DNA of 64,000 bases, taken from assembly GCF_009914755.1 (NCBI RefSeq), contig NC_060928.1; one strand, 5' to 3'. Both the position numbers and the translations under genes were made by a program. A model generated the notes under the pieces. It saw nothing but the letters and a program-made list of their open reading frames with translations. It did not search any database and was not told where the DNA came from. Shown here piece after piece: positions 15,901-30,935 of the stretch; the first letter of the stretch is position 1; every line of letters starts with the position of its first letter. This DNA is from the human T2T-CHM13v2.0 reference genome, Homo sapiens.

Positions 15901-16759
15901 GTGAGCCAATGCGTGCATTTGTGTTGGACAGTTCCTGTTTACCCGGTCATGGGGTGTGCCCACGTTCAGCTTCGGTAGGTGGGAAACGGTGGTGCCTGCT
16001 CACAGCCCACAGTGTGTGGGAGCTCCACATCCACGTGTATGCTTATTTTCTGTTTTGTTCATTTTGGCATTTGGTGAGTGTGTAGTCACATCCCAGTGGG
16101 CTTTGCTTTATGTTTTTCCTGATGATTAACAAACTCAAGCACCTTCTCATCCACTTCCTGGCCATTCAGGTCTCCTCTCGTGTGAAGCCTCTTAATCTCC
16201 TGCCCATTTTTCTATCCTGTGAATACGGGATAGCCCTCTGTGACTGGTTGGTTGTTTTCAATGTAGACATTATGCACATTTACCTTACATTTATTCTTAG
16301 ATGTGTGTCATTTTTCATCACCAAAGAGAAACGATTGAAAGGGCAGACACTTCCCCCAAGTCAGCATCTTTAGACACCATGAGTATTAGCAAACGGCCTG
16401 TGGTAAGGCCAGGTATCAGCAACACTCCTGGGGTGAGAGCACTTTGCCTTGGCCACAGAGAAGACAGTTGCCATGACTTGGGCCCACAGGGCTGTAGTGG
16501 GCACTGCTGATGACCCCTTGCCCGTAAGGTCCCTTCCTGCTCTCTTAGCCACCCCTGGCTTTGGCATGCTTGACTGCAGCTTGTGGCCTTAAAGGAGGCC
16601 TTGGGTGCTGGAGCCATACCCTGCACAGAGGACAGGAAGAGCCTGAGTTGAGGTCTGTGCCTCCTCAGCCTGAGCCAGTGCCAACGAATGGGATGTGAGT
16701 ACAAATGCCCGGCTCCTTTGCCTGGAGGTGGAACAAGCTGTGGCATATCTTATCCAGAT

Positions 16760-17061
16760 TTTATTTTATTACTGTTTTTTGAGACGGCGTCTTGCTCTGT
16801 CACCCAGGTTGGAGTGCAGTGGCGCAATCTCGGCTCACTGCAAGCTCCGCCTCCCAGGTTCACGCCATTCTCTTGCCTCAGCCTCCTGAGTAGCTGGTAC
16901 TACAGGCGCCCACCACCACGCCCGGCTAATTTTTCTTTGTATTTTTAGAGACAGGGTTTCACCATGTTAACCAGGATGGTCTCAATCTTCTGACCTCGTG
17001 ATCTGCCCACCTCAGCCTCCCAAAGTCCTGGGATTACAGGCGTGAGCCACCGCATCTGGCC
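16760..17061 (-). mobile_element. AluY/Sc-type
   Basis: Diagnostic gcaagctccgcctcccaggttcacgccattct; TSD ctta(t/c)ccagatttt. Confidence 0.93.
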
Positions 17062-18115
17062 CTTACCCAGATTTTTAAAAAATGTTTTTAAAAAGTGTGG
17101 TAAAATATACGTAACAGAAAATTTACCATTTTAACCATTTTAAGTATACAATTCAGTGACATTAAGTATAGCCACGTTGTTGTGTAACCATCACTACCAT
17201 CCATTTCCAGAATGTTCTCATCTTCCTGAGCAGAAAGTCTACCCACTTAAGCAATAACTCCCATCCCCCTGACTCCCAAGAGTCTCTATGTGGCTCTATG
17301 GATTTGACTCCTCTAGGTCCCTTACATGTAGTATCATACGGTATTTCTCTTTTTGTGTCTGGCTTATTTCACTTACCATAATATTTCCAAGGTTCATCTG
17401 TGTTGTGGCATGTAACAGAATTTCCTTCATTTTATGGCCGAATGATATTCCATTGTATGGATGGACCACATTTGTTTATCCATGCATTTGTTGATGCACA
17501 CTTTCTGGCTGCTGTGAGCATTGATACATAAGTATCTCAGTCCCGGCTTTTAGTTGTTCTGAGTATGGATCTAGGAGCAGAATTGCTGGATCTGTAGTTA
17601 TCTCATGCTCCTGGGCTCCTCCAGGGCTTGGGATGAGTCTGGGGTTAACCTGAAATAATGCCCTTGCTTGGCCTCTTCCTCTCCCTTCTCCTGGGAGCAT
17701 TTCCTTAACAAATCACTTGCACTTGAATCCTTGGCTCAGGGTCTGCTTTGTGGAGCACCCAACCCAAGACAATCCAGAGAGGCGGTGAGGCCTCCCGTGA
17801 AGACAGGAGTGCGGTCTGTTTGCCCCAGTGGAATGATGGATGATGACCCCCATTGAACTTGCCCTCGTCTTCCCTGTCTAGTCGCTAAGACTTGTACTTT
17901 GAAAAATAGACAAAACTACGGGTGTTTTGCAGAATGCTTGAGATCAGGAGACCCTTTGAAAGGGAGCATCCAGGAGCACATGTTTTCGCTGATTAGTTTT
18001 GAATTGTAAACATTTTATGAACAGTCTGCTGCATTATGATCACTGTGCTTCATGGTGATTCTCCCTTTTTAACAGTCCCTGCTTTTTATAAGGGACTAAC
18101 ACATTTTTTTTTTTA

Positions 18116-18558
<443 letters not shown>

Positions 18559-19230
18559 CTACCTCTTAAATTTACCATCAAAGTTGCTTTATCCGTTTTT
18601 TTTTAATTCAAGACAATTGAATTTATTGTTAAGGGACATTAATAAGAAGGACTAAGAGAAACAAGATAAAAAATACAGAATATATTTGGCTTAGGAATTT
18701 CCAAGTAAGTTTACAGGGCAAGGATTTCTTACCCCAGGTTTGTCAGCTGGCACCGTTGGCAGATGCGCAAGCCCTGTATCTTCCCCCTCTCAGTGTCCAG
18801 TTGGGGAATGCAGGCCTTTCTCTGCTTCTGAAGCAGCTTCTCTTTCTTTCAGAGAGAGCTTTGAGCCAGAGTCAGAGCCACACCTGCGTCTCTAGTAGTC
18901 TTAAGCTACGCAGAGGCCAAGGGGAAGAGAGGGTGGGAACCCACACCGACAGAGCACCTGCAACATGTCAAGGGTGTGCCAAGTGCTCTGCTGCTCCAAG
19001 GCTCATGTTATCTTCAGTTTACAGAGAAGGAAACAGACTCAGTCACCCAGCTATTAGGCAATTAAGGTGGATGTCATAGCTTGTGTTTTTGTCGACAAAG
19101 CCTGTTTTCTATCCTAAGTAGTCTCGGCTACCTCCACTTGGGGAAGATGGAATATCAATCTCTTGCAGACTATTTTTAGTCCTAATGAGAAAAAACAAAC
19201 TTTTAGGTAGATTTTGATGACTGGCTCTAA

Positions 19231-19597
<367 letters not shown>

Positions 19598-21034
19598 TAA
19601 GGTTCATAACAGCTGAGTAGGAAACACCCCCTAAACATCTTTTTGTTATTAAAAGCAACATTGATTTGTGTACCCCTGTAACTCCAGTAATATTTATTTT
19701 CTTAAAGTCTATTTTATGCTATCTTTTTGTTCTTATTTGCGTGGTATGTCTTTTTCTATTCTTTTACTTTCAGTCTTTCTGATATTTAAAGTTTTCTTTT
19801 GGAAATAGCTGTTCTTTATTTTTTGTTTTTTTAATCTAGTCTGACAATCTTGGTCTTTTAATTGGAGTGTTTTGCCCATTTGCACTTCATATAGTGTAAA
19901 ATATATTTAGGTTTAAGTCTACCATATTGCTATTTGTTTTTCATTTGTCCTATTTGTTCCTTGTTCCTTTATTCCTTTCTTGCCGTTCTTTGGATTAATC
20001 AAGTTTTTTTTTTCCATTTTTCTCTATTAGCATATTAGTTATGCATTCTTTTAGTACAGTATTCTTTTATTGATTACCTTGGTAATAATATGCATCCTTG
20101 TTGCGATACCTTCTTCCTTAAATTAGCGTATTTACTACTTGCTGAACATTGCAAGAATCTTTCAGCTGTTTAACTGCGTTTACCTGCCTTCCTCCTTTGT
20201 GCTATTGTTGTCGTATATTTTACTGCTACATGTGTTATAAACTCCACAAGTCAATATATGTATATGTTCATTTCCCTTCGACTTGAAGAGCTCCCTTCCA
20301 TATTTCCTGTAGTACAGATCTGATGGCGAAACAATCTCTTGAGCTTTTGCTTGTGTGAAAATTTTTTTATTTCACTTTCACTTTTGAAGGATATTTTCAC
20401 TGAGTACCGAAATCTAGAAATCTAGCTTTGTATTTTTTCCTTTATTTTTTAAACTTTATTAGTTTTATTTTATTGTGGCCAGAACACAACATGAGATCTA
20501 CCCTCTTAACAAAATTTTAAGTGTACATTACAGTATTGTTGACTGTAGGTTTGATGTTGTGTAACAGATCTCTAGAACTTATTTATCTTGCTTAACTGGA
20601 ACTTTACACTCATTAATTAGTAAATCTTCATTTCTCCCTCCCCCCAGCCCATGACAAACCACCATTTCACTCTTCGATTCTACAAATTTCATTGTTTTAG
20701 ATACCATATGTAAGTGGAATCTTGCAGTGTTTGTCCTTCTGTGACTGGCTTATTAGCATAGTGTCCTCAAGGTTCATCCATGTTGCTTAAGATTGCACAA
20801 TTTCCTTATTTCTTAAGGCTAAATAATATTCTATTGTATGACTATACCGTATGTTCTTTACTCATTTGTCCATCAATGGACATATAGGTTGCTTCTACAT
20901 TTTGACTATTGTAAATAGTGCTGTTATGAAAATGGGGTGCTAATATCTCTTTGACATCTTGATTTCAATTATTTTGGGTAAATACCCAGAAGTGGGGTTG
21001 CTAGATCATATGAGGTTCTAGTTTTAGTTTTAGT

Positions 21035-21334
21035 GTTTTTTTGGTTTGGTTTTGTTTTTGTTTGTTTGTTTGTTTTTTGAGACGGAGTCTAGCTCTGTCG
21101 CCCAGGCTGGAGGGCAGTGGCGCAACCTTGGTTTACTGCAACCTCCACCTCCCAGGTTCAAGCAGTTCTCTGCCTCAGCCTCCCACCAGCATGCCCAGCT
21201 AATTTTTGTATTTTTTAGTAAAGACAGGGTTTCACCATCTTGGCCAGGCTGGTCTTGAACTCCTGACTTCATGATCCACCCGCCTCGGCTTCCCAAAGTG
21301 CTGGGATTACAGGTGTGAGCCACCACACCCGGCC
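21035..21334 (-). mobile_element. AluS (small internal deletion)
   Basis: Alu consensus, T-rich tail. Confidence 0.92.
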
Positions 21335-22078
21335 AGTTTTAGTGTTTTGAGGAACGTCCATTCTGTTTTCCACAGCAGCTGCACCCACTTTGCTTTCCCA
21401 CCAGCAGTGCACAAGCGTTCCAGTGTCTCCACATTCTCACCAATACTTGTTTTTTTTTTTTTTTAAATAGCCATCCTGACAGATATGAGGTGATGTTTCA
21501 TTGCTTTGATTTGCATTTCCTTCATGGCATTGAGATTTTTTCATACACCTGCTGGTCATTTGAATATCTTGTTTAGAGAAATGTCTATTTAAGTCCTTAG
21601 CCCACTTTCAGATTGGGTTATTGGGTTTTTTGCTATTGAGTTGTAGGCATTCCTTATATATTTTAGAGCTTAGCCCCTTGTCAGGTAGACATGGTTTGCA
21701 AATATTTTCTCCCATTGCATGGGTTACCTTTTTACCATTTTGTTTCCTTTACCATGCAGAAGCTTTTGAGTCTGATGCAGTCTCATTTGTCAGTTTCTGC
21801 TTTTGTTGCCTGTGCTTTTGTTGTTATATCCGTGAAATTATTGCCAAGACCAGTGTTATGAAACTTTTCTTCCCTCATGGTTTTTCATAGGAGTTTAACA
21901 GTTTCAGGTATTACATTTAGGTCTTTAATCTATTTTTGGTTTATTTTTGCGTATGGTGTAAAATAAAGGTCCAATTTCATTATCTTGCATGTGGATATCC
22001 AGTTTTCCCAGCACCACTTATTAAAGAGACTGTCCTTTCTCCACCCTATTCTTGTCACCTTTGTCAAAGATCAGTTGA

Positions 22079-22475
<397 letters not shown>

Positions 22476-23532
22476 CACAGTGTCTTGATTACTGTTGCTT
22501 TATAGTATATTTTGAAATCGAGTCTAGATGAAGAAAAAGAGACAATTCAAATAAAACCAGAGTGAAAGAGGAGACATTAAAACTGATGCCATAGATATAA
22601 AAATGATAATAAGAGACTAGTATGAATAATTATATGCCAGCAAACTGAATAACCTAAAAGAAACAGATAAACTCCTAAAAACACACAATCTATCCAGACT
22701 GAATCATGAAGAAACAGAAAGTCTGAATATCTCCTTAACTAATATGGAGATTGAGTACATAATCCAGCACCTTCCAATAAAGAAAAGCCCAGGACCAGAT
22801 GGCTTCACTGGCAAATTCAACCAGCGTTTAAAGAAGAATCAACACCAATCCTTCTCAGATTCTTTTCAAAAGTTGAAGAGGAGGGAACCATTCCAAACTC
22901 ATTTTATGAGAACAGCACTACCCTGATACTAAAGCCAGACAAAGACACTACAAGAAAAGAAAACTATAGGCCAGTATTCCTGATGAATATAGATGCAAAA
23001 GTCCTCAACAAAATACTGGTGAGCCAAATCAAAGACGCTTTAAAAGGATCATATTATTACACCATAACCAAGTAGGGTTTATCCCTGGGGTGCAAAGATG
23101 GTTCAGCACACATAAATCAATATGGTATATTGTATTAACAGAATAAAAGATAAAAATCACATGATTATCTCAATAGATGTAGAAGAAGCATTTAACACAA
23201 TTCAGCATCCTTTCATGATAAAAGTTATCAAATTAGAAATAGTAGGAAAGTACCTCAGCATAATAAAGACATTATATGAAAAGTCAACAGCTAACATCAT
23301 ACTCACTGGGGAAAACAAAAGCTTTTCCTTTACGATCAGGAAAAAGGCAAGGATACCTGCTTTTGTCACTTTTATTCAACATAGTACTGGAAGTCCTAGC
23401 AAGAGCATTTAGGCAAGAAAAAGAAATAAAAGACATCCAAATAGGAAAGGAAAATAATATTGTCCCTGTTTGCAGATGACATGATCCTATACATAGAAAA
23501 CCCTAAAGACTACATAAAAAACTGTGAGAACT

Positions 23533-23906
<374 letters not shown>

Positions 23907-26689
23907 CTATACACTAACAATGAACTATTTGAAAAGACAATTAGGAAAACAGTCCCATTTACAATACCACCAAAAAGTATGAAATACTTAGGAATAGACT
24001 TAACAAAGGAAGTGATAGACTAGTATACAAAAATTACAGAACATTAATGAAAGAAAGAAGACACAAAAGCCATCTCGGGTTCATGGATTGCAGTACTTCA
24101 TATTGTTAAAATGTCCGTACTACCCAATGCAATCTACCAAATCAATGCAATCCCTATCAAAATTTCGATGGACAGAAATAGAAAAACAATTCTAAAATTC
24201 ATATGGAACCAAAAAAGACTATGAAGAGCCAAATTAATCTTGAGAGAGAACAAAGTTGGAGTCATCACACTTCCTGATTTCAAAGTCTATCACAAAGTCG
24301 TTTTTCCCTTTCCGTTCAGCATCTCTGAAGATGCCATAGCTTCTGTTGAAACGTTAACAAAATCATTTTTAAGATTGAAGTAACTGTGCCCTGATATGAT
24401 TGTGGTTTTCCCTTTGGTTATTTTTAATTTTTTTCTGTTTGTATTTGGCTTTCGATAGTGTGACAATGATGTACCTAGGTGTGGTTGTCCTTATATTTAT
24501 CCTCATTTGGGGTACTCTGAGCTCCTTGAATCTCTGGGTTGATGTCTTCCATCAATTTTCAAAATTTTTTGGCCATTATGTCTTTAAATATTGCCTTTTC
24601 TCCATTCTCTCTCACCTTTCTCTTTGGGGCTGCAATTGCATGTATCTTAGGCCATTTGTCTTCCTCACATATCTTACACTCCTTTCTGGTCTTTTCATTC
24701 TTTTTTCTATTGAAATCTCTTCCAGTTCACTAATCTAATCTCCTTCACTAATCTTCTTTCCTGGTCTTTTGTTGACTCTATCGAATGAGTTCTTCAGACA
24801 TTGTGTTTTTCAGTTCCAGAATGTCCACTTGGTTTTTTAAAAAGAGATCCTAATTATTGAAATTCTCCATCTTTTCATATATCTTGTTCATCAATTTCCC
24901 TATTTTCTTTAACATATTAATAGTAATTTTAAAGTCCCGCTCTGAATCATCTGTGTATCTCTTTCTATTGCCTGTTTAATATTTTGGCTTCTGGTCATTC
25001 AATCTTTTTTTTTTTTTTTAAAGCATGCCTCATAATTTGGGATTGGATGCTGTACACCATAGAGGGTTTTTTTTATTTTTTTGGTATATTGTAGAGGGTT
25101 TGAATAATGCTATCCTCCTCCAAGGAGGGTTATTTCCTGCTAGCAAACAGGGCTGATCTATTCCAGTTTTGTCCTTATTCCTAGAATGTAACCCACCCCT
25201 GGGATGTAGTCCTTATTTCTAGGGCCTGATCTTATGCCCAGAGTGTAACCCTTGTAGGGTCCAGGGTGTTTTCTGAGATCCCTCCACCTTGTTGGGTCAT
25301 GGTCCTTTCCTGCCAGGTCCATGTGGCTGACAAAACCTCTGCTTCATTCTTCAGCGGTTGCTGTTTCCTGCTGGTTGTTTTTGTTTGCCTGTTTTGAGTC
25401 TCTCTCTGCTTTTATGTAACTTAGGTATCAGCCAGTTATTTGAGGAAGATTTTAATTCAGATTATTAGGCTCCTTATTTTTGTTTCCTTCCTTTTCTGGA
25501 TTTCCCTCCTCACTTCCCAGCCACTTTGGCAGTCCTGAACTCTGACCTCTCTTTCCTTGGCCCTTTCTCTTGAGATTTATTACCCTAATATACAATTTGA
25601 AATTTTCCTGAGTGGAAAACACCAGGATGATTGTGGAGCTCACCTCGTGTCTTTTCCCTCTCCAAAGATCGTGGCCTCTTAAGTCCTGTCTGTGTTGGTT
25701 GTACTCAATGCCTTCAAACAGGTGCTTTAGATGCCCATTGCTCTTGGAATTCCCAGCCTTCAGAACTGTGAGAAATGTATTTCTTTTCTTTATAAATTAC
25801 ACAGTCTGTGGCATTCTGATATAGCAACACAATATGGATTGTGACAGATGGCCAACAGGCATCTCAGATTTAATTAATCCAGAAAAAAAAATTCCTGACC
25901 CCCCGCCCTCCCACCCTGACCCAAACCATGGTCTGCAGTCTTCTCCATCTCTGTAAATTCTTGTTTATTTGTCTCTTTGTGAACCCCATTTTCATTCTGT
26001 CAGAATGTCTTATAGGTTCTGCCTTCCAAATGCATCTGGTATCTGACCATAGCTCCTCTCGCTGGAGCTCCCTTGATCCAAGCCCCATCCTCTTTCCTGG
26101 ATGATGGGAGGAGCTTCCCTGGATATCTCTGCTTCTGCAGCCATGTGGCATTTAAAGTGTGGATTATACTAAAAGCCTTGTCACTCAGAGTCAAATTCAA
26201 AGTCTGTCTGTGGCTGTTGACCAAGGTGCCGTGATGCTGACCTTCCAGCCCCACCTTCTATCCTCCAGCCAGTCCAGCCTCACTGTCTGCTTCCTCAGAC
26301 ACACTCCAAGTCTCCCCCATCCCCGTGCATCACAGCTTCAGGGTTACTATCCCAGTGAGTTCTTCTCCGTCCATGCTGGGAGCCTCCTGTCCCCCTCTCT
26401 GAGTTGTTTTATGACTTGCTCATTTTCTAGGTTATTGTTTTTCTCTGTCCATGAAACCATAAACACCCTGAAGGCAAGATTCCATTATTATGTTTCTTTC
26501 CAGTTTGAATCCGCAGAATCAAGAACAATGACTCATAGGTGAGCGGTAGATATTTGCTGAATATATAAAGGAACACGGGGAGAAAAGGAAGAAAAGAGAG
26601 AGGGAGATGATTTTTAAAGGGAAAAGAGTGGAATAAACATAATTAAAAACACAATCTTCAGTTGCCAAGAGAGCTTGAAATTAAGTCCT

Positions 26690-29600
26690 GGGCAACTGAC
26701 CATTTCTGAGCATTGAGGAAGAACCGCAGTGAGCCTGTGGCTTCACCAAGAAAAGGTTGTGCCGCACAAGTCTCATTCCTTTTTTTGTTAGGGAATACCA
26801 ACAGGGAGAGCTTAGAACACTGTGGATATCATGGAAATGGCACCAACAGGGAGAGCTTAGAACGCCGTGGATATCATGGAAATGGCACCGACAGGGAGAG
26901 CTTAGGACACCATGGATATCATGGAAATGGCACCGACGGGGAGAGTTCAGAACGCCGTGGATATCATGGAAATGGCACCGACGGGGAGAGCTTAGAACGC
27001 CGTGGATATCATGGAAATGGCACTGACAGGGAGAGCTTAGAACGCCGTGGATATCATGGAAATGGCACCGATGGGGAGAGTTCAGAATGCCGTGGATATC
27101 ATGGAAATGGCACCGATGGGGAGAGCTTAGAACGCCGTGGATATCATGGAAGTGACACTGACAGGGAGAGCTTAGAACGTCGTGGATATCATGGAAATGG
27201 CACCGACGGGGAGAGTTCAGAACACCGTGGATATCATGGAAATGGCACCGACGGGGAGAGCTTAGGACACCCTGGATATCATAGAAATGGCACCGACGGG
27301 GAGAATTCAGAACGCCGTGGATATCATGGAAATGGCACCGACGGGGAGAGCTCAGAACGCCGTGGATATCATGGAAATGGCACCGACGGGGAGAGCTCAG
27401 GACGCCGTGGATATCATGGAAATGGCACCGACGGGGAGAGCTCAGGATGCCGCGGATATCATGGAAATGGCACCGACGGGGAGAGCTCGGAAATGGCACC
27501 AACGGGGAGAGTTCAGAACACCGTGGATATCTTGGAAATGGCACCGATGGGGAGAGCTTAGAACGCCGTGGATATCATGGAAATAGCACCCATAGCGAGA
27601 GTTTAGAATGCCGTGGATATCATGGAAATGGCACCGATGGGGAGAGCTTAGAATGCCGTGGATATCACGGAAGTGGCACCGACGGGGAGAGTTTAAAACA
27701 CCGTGGATATCATGGAAATGGCACCGATGGGGAGAGCTTAGAACGCTGTGGATATCATGGAAGTGACACTGACAGAGCTTAGAACACTGTGGATATCATG
27801 GAAGTGGCACCGACGAGGAGAGCTTAGAATGCCGTGGATATCATGGAAATGGCACTGACAGGGAGAGCTTAGAACGCCGTGCATATCATGGAAATGGCAC
27901 CGATGGGGAGAGTTTAGAACACCGTGGATATCATGGAAATGGTACCGATGGGGAGAGTTTAGAACGCCGTGGATATCATGGAAATGGCACTGACAGGGAG
28001 AGTTTAAAACGCCGTGGATATCATGGAAATGGCACCGATGGGGAGAGCTTAGAACGCTGTGGATATCATGGAAGTGACACTGACAGAGCTTAGAACACCG
28101 TGGATATCATGGAAGTGGCACCGACGGGGAGAGCTCAGGACGCCGTGGATATCATGGAAATGGCACCGACGGGGAGAGCTCAGGACGCCGTGGATATCAT
28201 GGAAATGGCACCGACGGGGAGAGCTCAGGACGCCGTGGATATCATGGAAATGGCACCGACGGGGAGAGCTCAGGACGCCGTGGATATCATGGAAATGGCA
28301 CCGACGGGGAGAGCTCAGGACGCCCTGGATATCATGGAAATGGCACCGACGGGGAGAGCTCAGGACGCCGTGGATATCATGGAAATGGCACCGACGGGGA
28401 GAGCTCAGGACGCCGTGGATATCATGGAAATGGCACCGACGGGGAGAGCTCAGGACGCCGCGGATATCATGGAAATGGCACCGACGGGGAGAGCTCAGGA
28501 CGCCGCGGATATCATGGAAATGGCACCGACGGGGAGAGCTCAGGACGCCGTGGATATCATGGAAATGGCACCGACGGGGAGAGCTCAGGACGCCGCGGAT
28601 ATCATGGAAATGGCACCGACGGGGAGAGCTCGGAAATGGCACCAACGGGGAGAGTTCAGAACACCGTGGATATCTTGGAAATGGCACCGATGGGGAGAGC
28701 TTAGAACGCCGTGGATATCATGGAAATAGCACCCATAGCGAGAGTTTAGAATGCCGTGGATATCATGGAAATGGCACTGATGGGGAGAGCTTAGAACGCC
28801 GTGGATATCACGGAAGTGGCACCAACGGGGAGAGTTTAAAACACCGTGGATATCATGGAAATGGCACCGATGGGGAGAGCTTAGAACGCTGTGGATATCA
28901 TGGAAGTGACACTGACAAAGCTTAGAACACTGTGGATATCATGGAAGTGGCACCGACGAGGAGAGCTTAGAATGCCGTGGATATCATGGAAATGGCACTG
29001 ACAGGGAGAGCTTAGAACGCCGTGCATATCATGGAAATGGCACCGATGGGGAGAGTTTAGAACACCGTGGATATCATGGAAATGGTACCGATGGGGAGAG
29101 TTTAGAACGCCGTGGATATCATGGAAATGGCACTGACGGAGAGTTTAAAACGCCGTGGATATCATGGAAATGGCACCGATGGGGAGAGCTTAGAACGCTG
29201 TGGATATCATGGAAGTGACACTGACAGAGCTTAGAACACCGTGGATATCATGGAAGTGGCACCGACGGGGAGAGCTTAGAATGCCGTGGATATCATGGAA
29301 ATGACACTGACAGGGAGAGCTTAGAACGCCGTGCATATCATGGAAATGGCACCGATGGGGAGAGTTTAGAACACCATGGATATCATGGAAATGGTACCGA
29401 TGGGGAGAGTTTAGAACGCCATGGATATCATGGAAATGGCACCGACGGGGAGAGCTTAGGACACTGTGGATATCATGGAAATGGCACCGACAGCGAGAGT
29501 TTAGAATGCTGTGGATATCATGGAAATGGCACCGACGGGGAGAGCTTAGGACGCCGTGGATATCATGGAAATGGCACCGACGGGGAGAGCTTAGAATGCC

Positions 29601-30935
29601 ATGGATATCATGGAAATGGCACCGATGGGGAGAGTTTAGAACGCCGTGGATATTATGGAAATGGCACCGATGGGGAGAGTTTAGAACGCCGTGGATATCA
29701 TGGAAATGTCACCGACGGGGAGAGCTTAGAACGCCATGGATATCATGGAAATGGCACCGATGGGGAGAGTTTAGAACGCCGTGGATATCATGGAAATGGC
29801 ACCGACAGGGAGAGTTTAGAACGCCGTGGATATCATGGAAATGGCACCCACAGCGAGAGTTTAGAACACCATGGATATCATGGAAATGGCACTGACAGGG
29901 AGAGTTTAGAACGCCATGGATATCATGGAAATGGCACCGACAGGGAGAGCTTAGAACGTCGTGGATATCATGGAAATGGCACCAACAGGGAGAGTTTAGA
30001 ACACCGTGGATATCATGGAAATGGCACCCACAGCGAGAGTTTAGAACACCGTGGATATCATGGAAATGGCACCCACAGTGAGAGTTTAGAACACCATGGA
30101 TATCATGGAAATGGCACCGACAGGGAGAGCTTAGAACGTCGTGGATATCATGGAAATGGCACCAACAGGGAGAGTTTAGAACACCGTGGATATCATGGAA
30201 ATGGCACCCACAGCGAGAGTTTAGAACACCGTGGATATCATGGAAATGGCACTGACAGCGAGAGTTTAGAACACCGTGGATATCATGGAAATGGCACTGA
30301 CAGCGAGAGTTTAGAACACCGTGGATATCATGGAAATGGCACCAACAGGGAGAGTTTAGAACACTGTGGATATCATGGAAATGGCACCCACAGCGAGAGT
30401 TTAGAACACCGTGGATATCATGGAAATGGCACTGACAGCGAGAGTTTAGAACACCGTGGATATCATGGAAATGGCACTGACAGCGAGAGTTTAGAACGCT
30501 GTGGATATCATGGAAATGGCACCCACAGCGAGAGTTTAGAACACCGTGGATATCATGGAAATGGCACCGACGGGGAGAGTTTAGAACGCCGTGGATATCA
30601 TGGAAATGGCACCAATGGGGAGAGTTTAGAACACCATGGATATCGTGGAAATGGCACTGATGGGGAGAGTTTAGAACACCGTGGATATCATGGAAATGGC
30701 ACCCACAGCGAGAGTTTAGAACACCATGGATATCATGGAAATGGCACTGACAGGGAGAGTTTAGAACACCGTGGATATCATGGAAATGGATTTCAGAAAG
30801 GCTTTTGTATGTTAGTTTTCAGCCAAGTCAAGAAGTGAGATGCATCCACATCTGGCTGCATGCTTGTAATTAGAATCTGACTTTCAAATTCGTCTCAATG
30901 TGTGTGGAAGTCTTAGAACCACAGTTCATCCTGCA
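26690..30935 (+). mobile_element. Degenerate CR1/L3 LINE ORF2 (RT) fragment split by the VNTR
   Basis: Left flank GFTKKRLCRTSLIPFFVR; right flank VDIMEMDFRKAF and RCIHIWL; compare CR1 GFTKxRSCxTNLIxFFD...VDIVYLDFSKAFD...RWIxNWL. Confidence 0.75.
26792..30788. repeat. 45-bp VNTR, ~4.0 kb (~89 units), consensus GAGAGYTTAGAACRCCGTGGATATCATGGAAATGGCACCGACGGG
   Basis: Direct tandem periodicity; 15-aa periodic ORFs in several frames. Confidence 0.98.

Noticed and set aside
26681-29895. Long periodic ORFs (SSPRRCHFHDIHGVL, HGNGTDGESLERRGY, RTPWISWKWHRRGEL, MAPTGRAQDAVDIME)
   Set aside because: They follow from a 45-bp (3n) unit and are open in several frames on both strands, broken by indel units. 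No splice or promoter support.
26792-30788. CRISPR-like regular array
   Set aside because: No unique spacers and no cas genes in a human context; it is a head-to-tail minisatellite.
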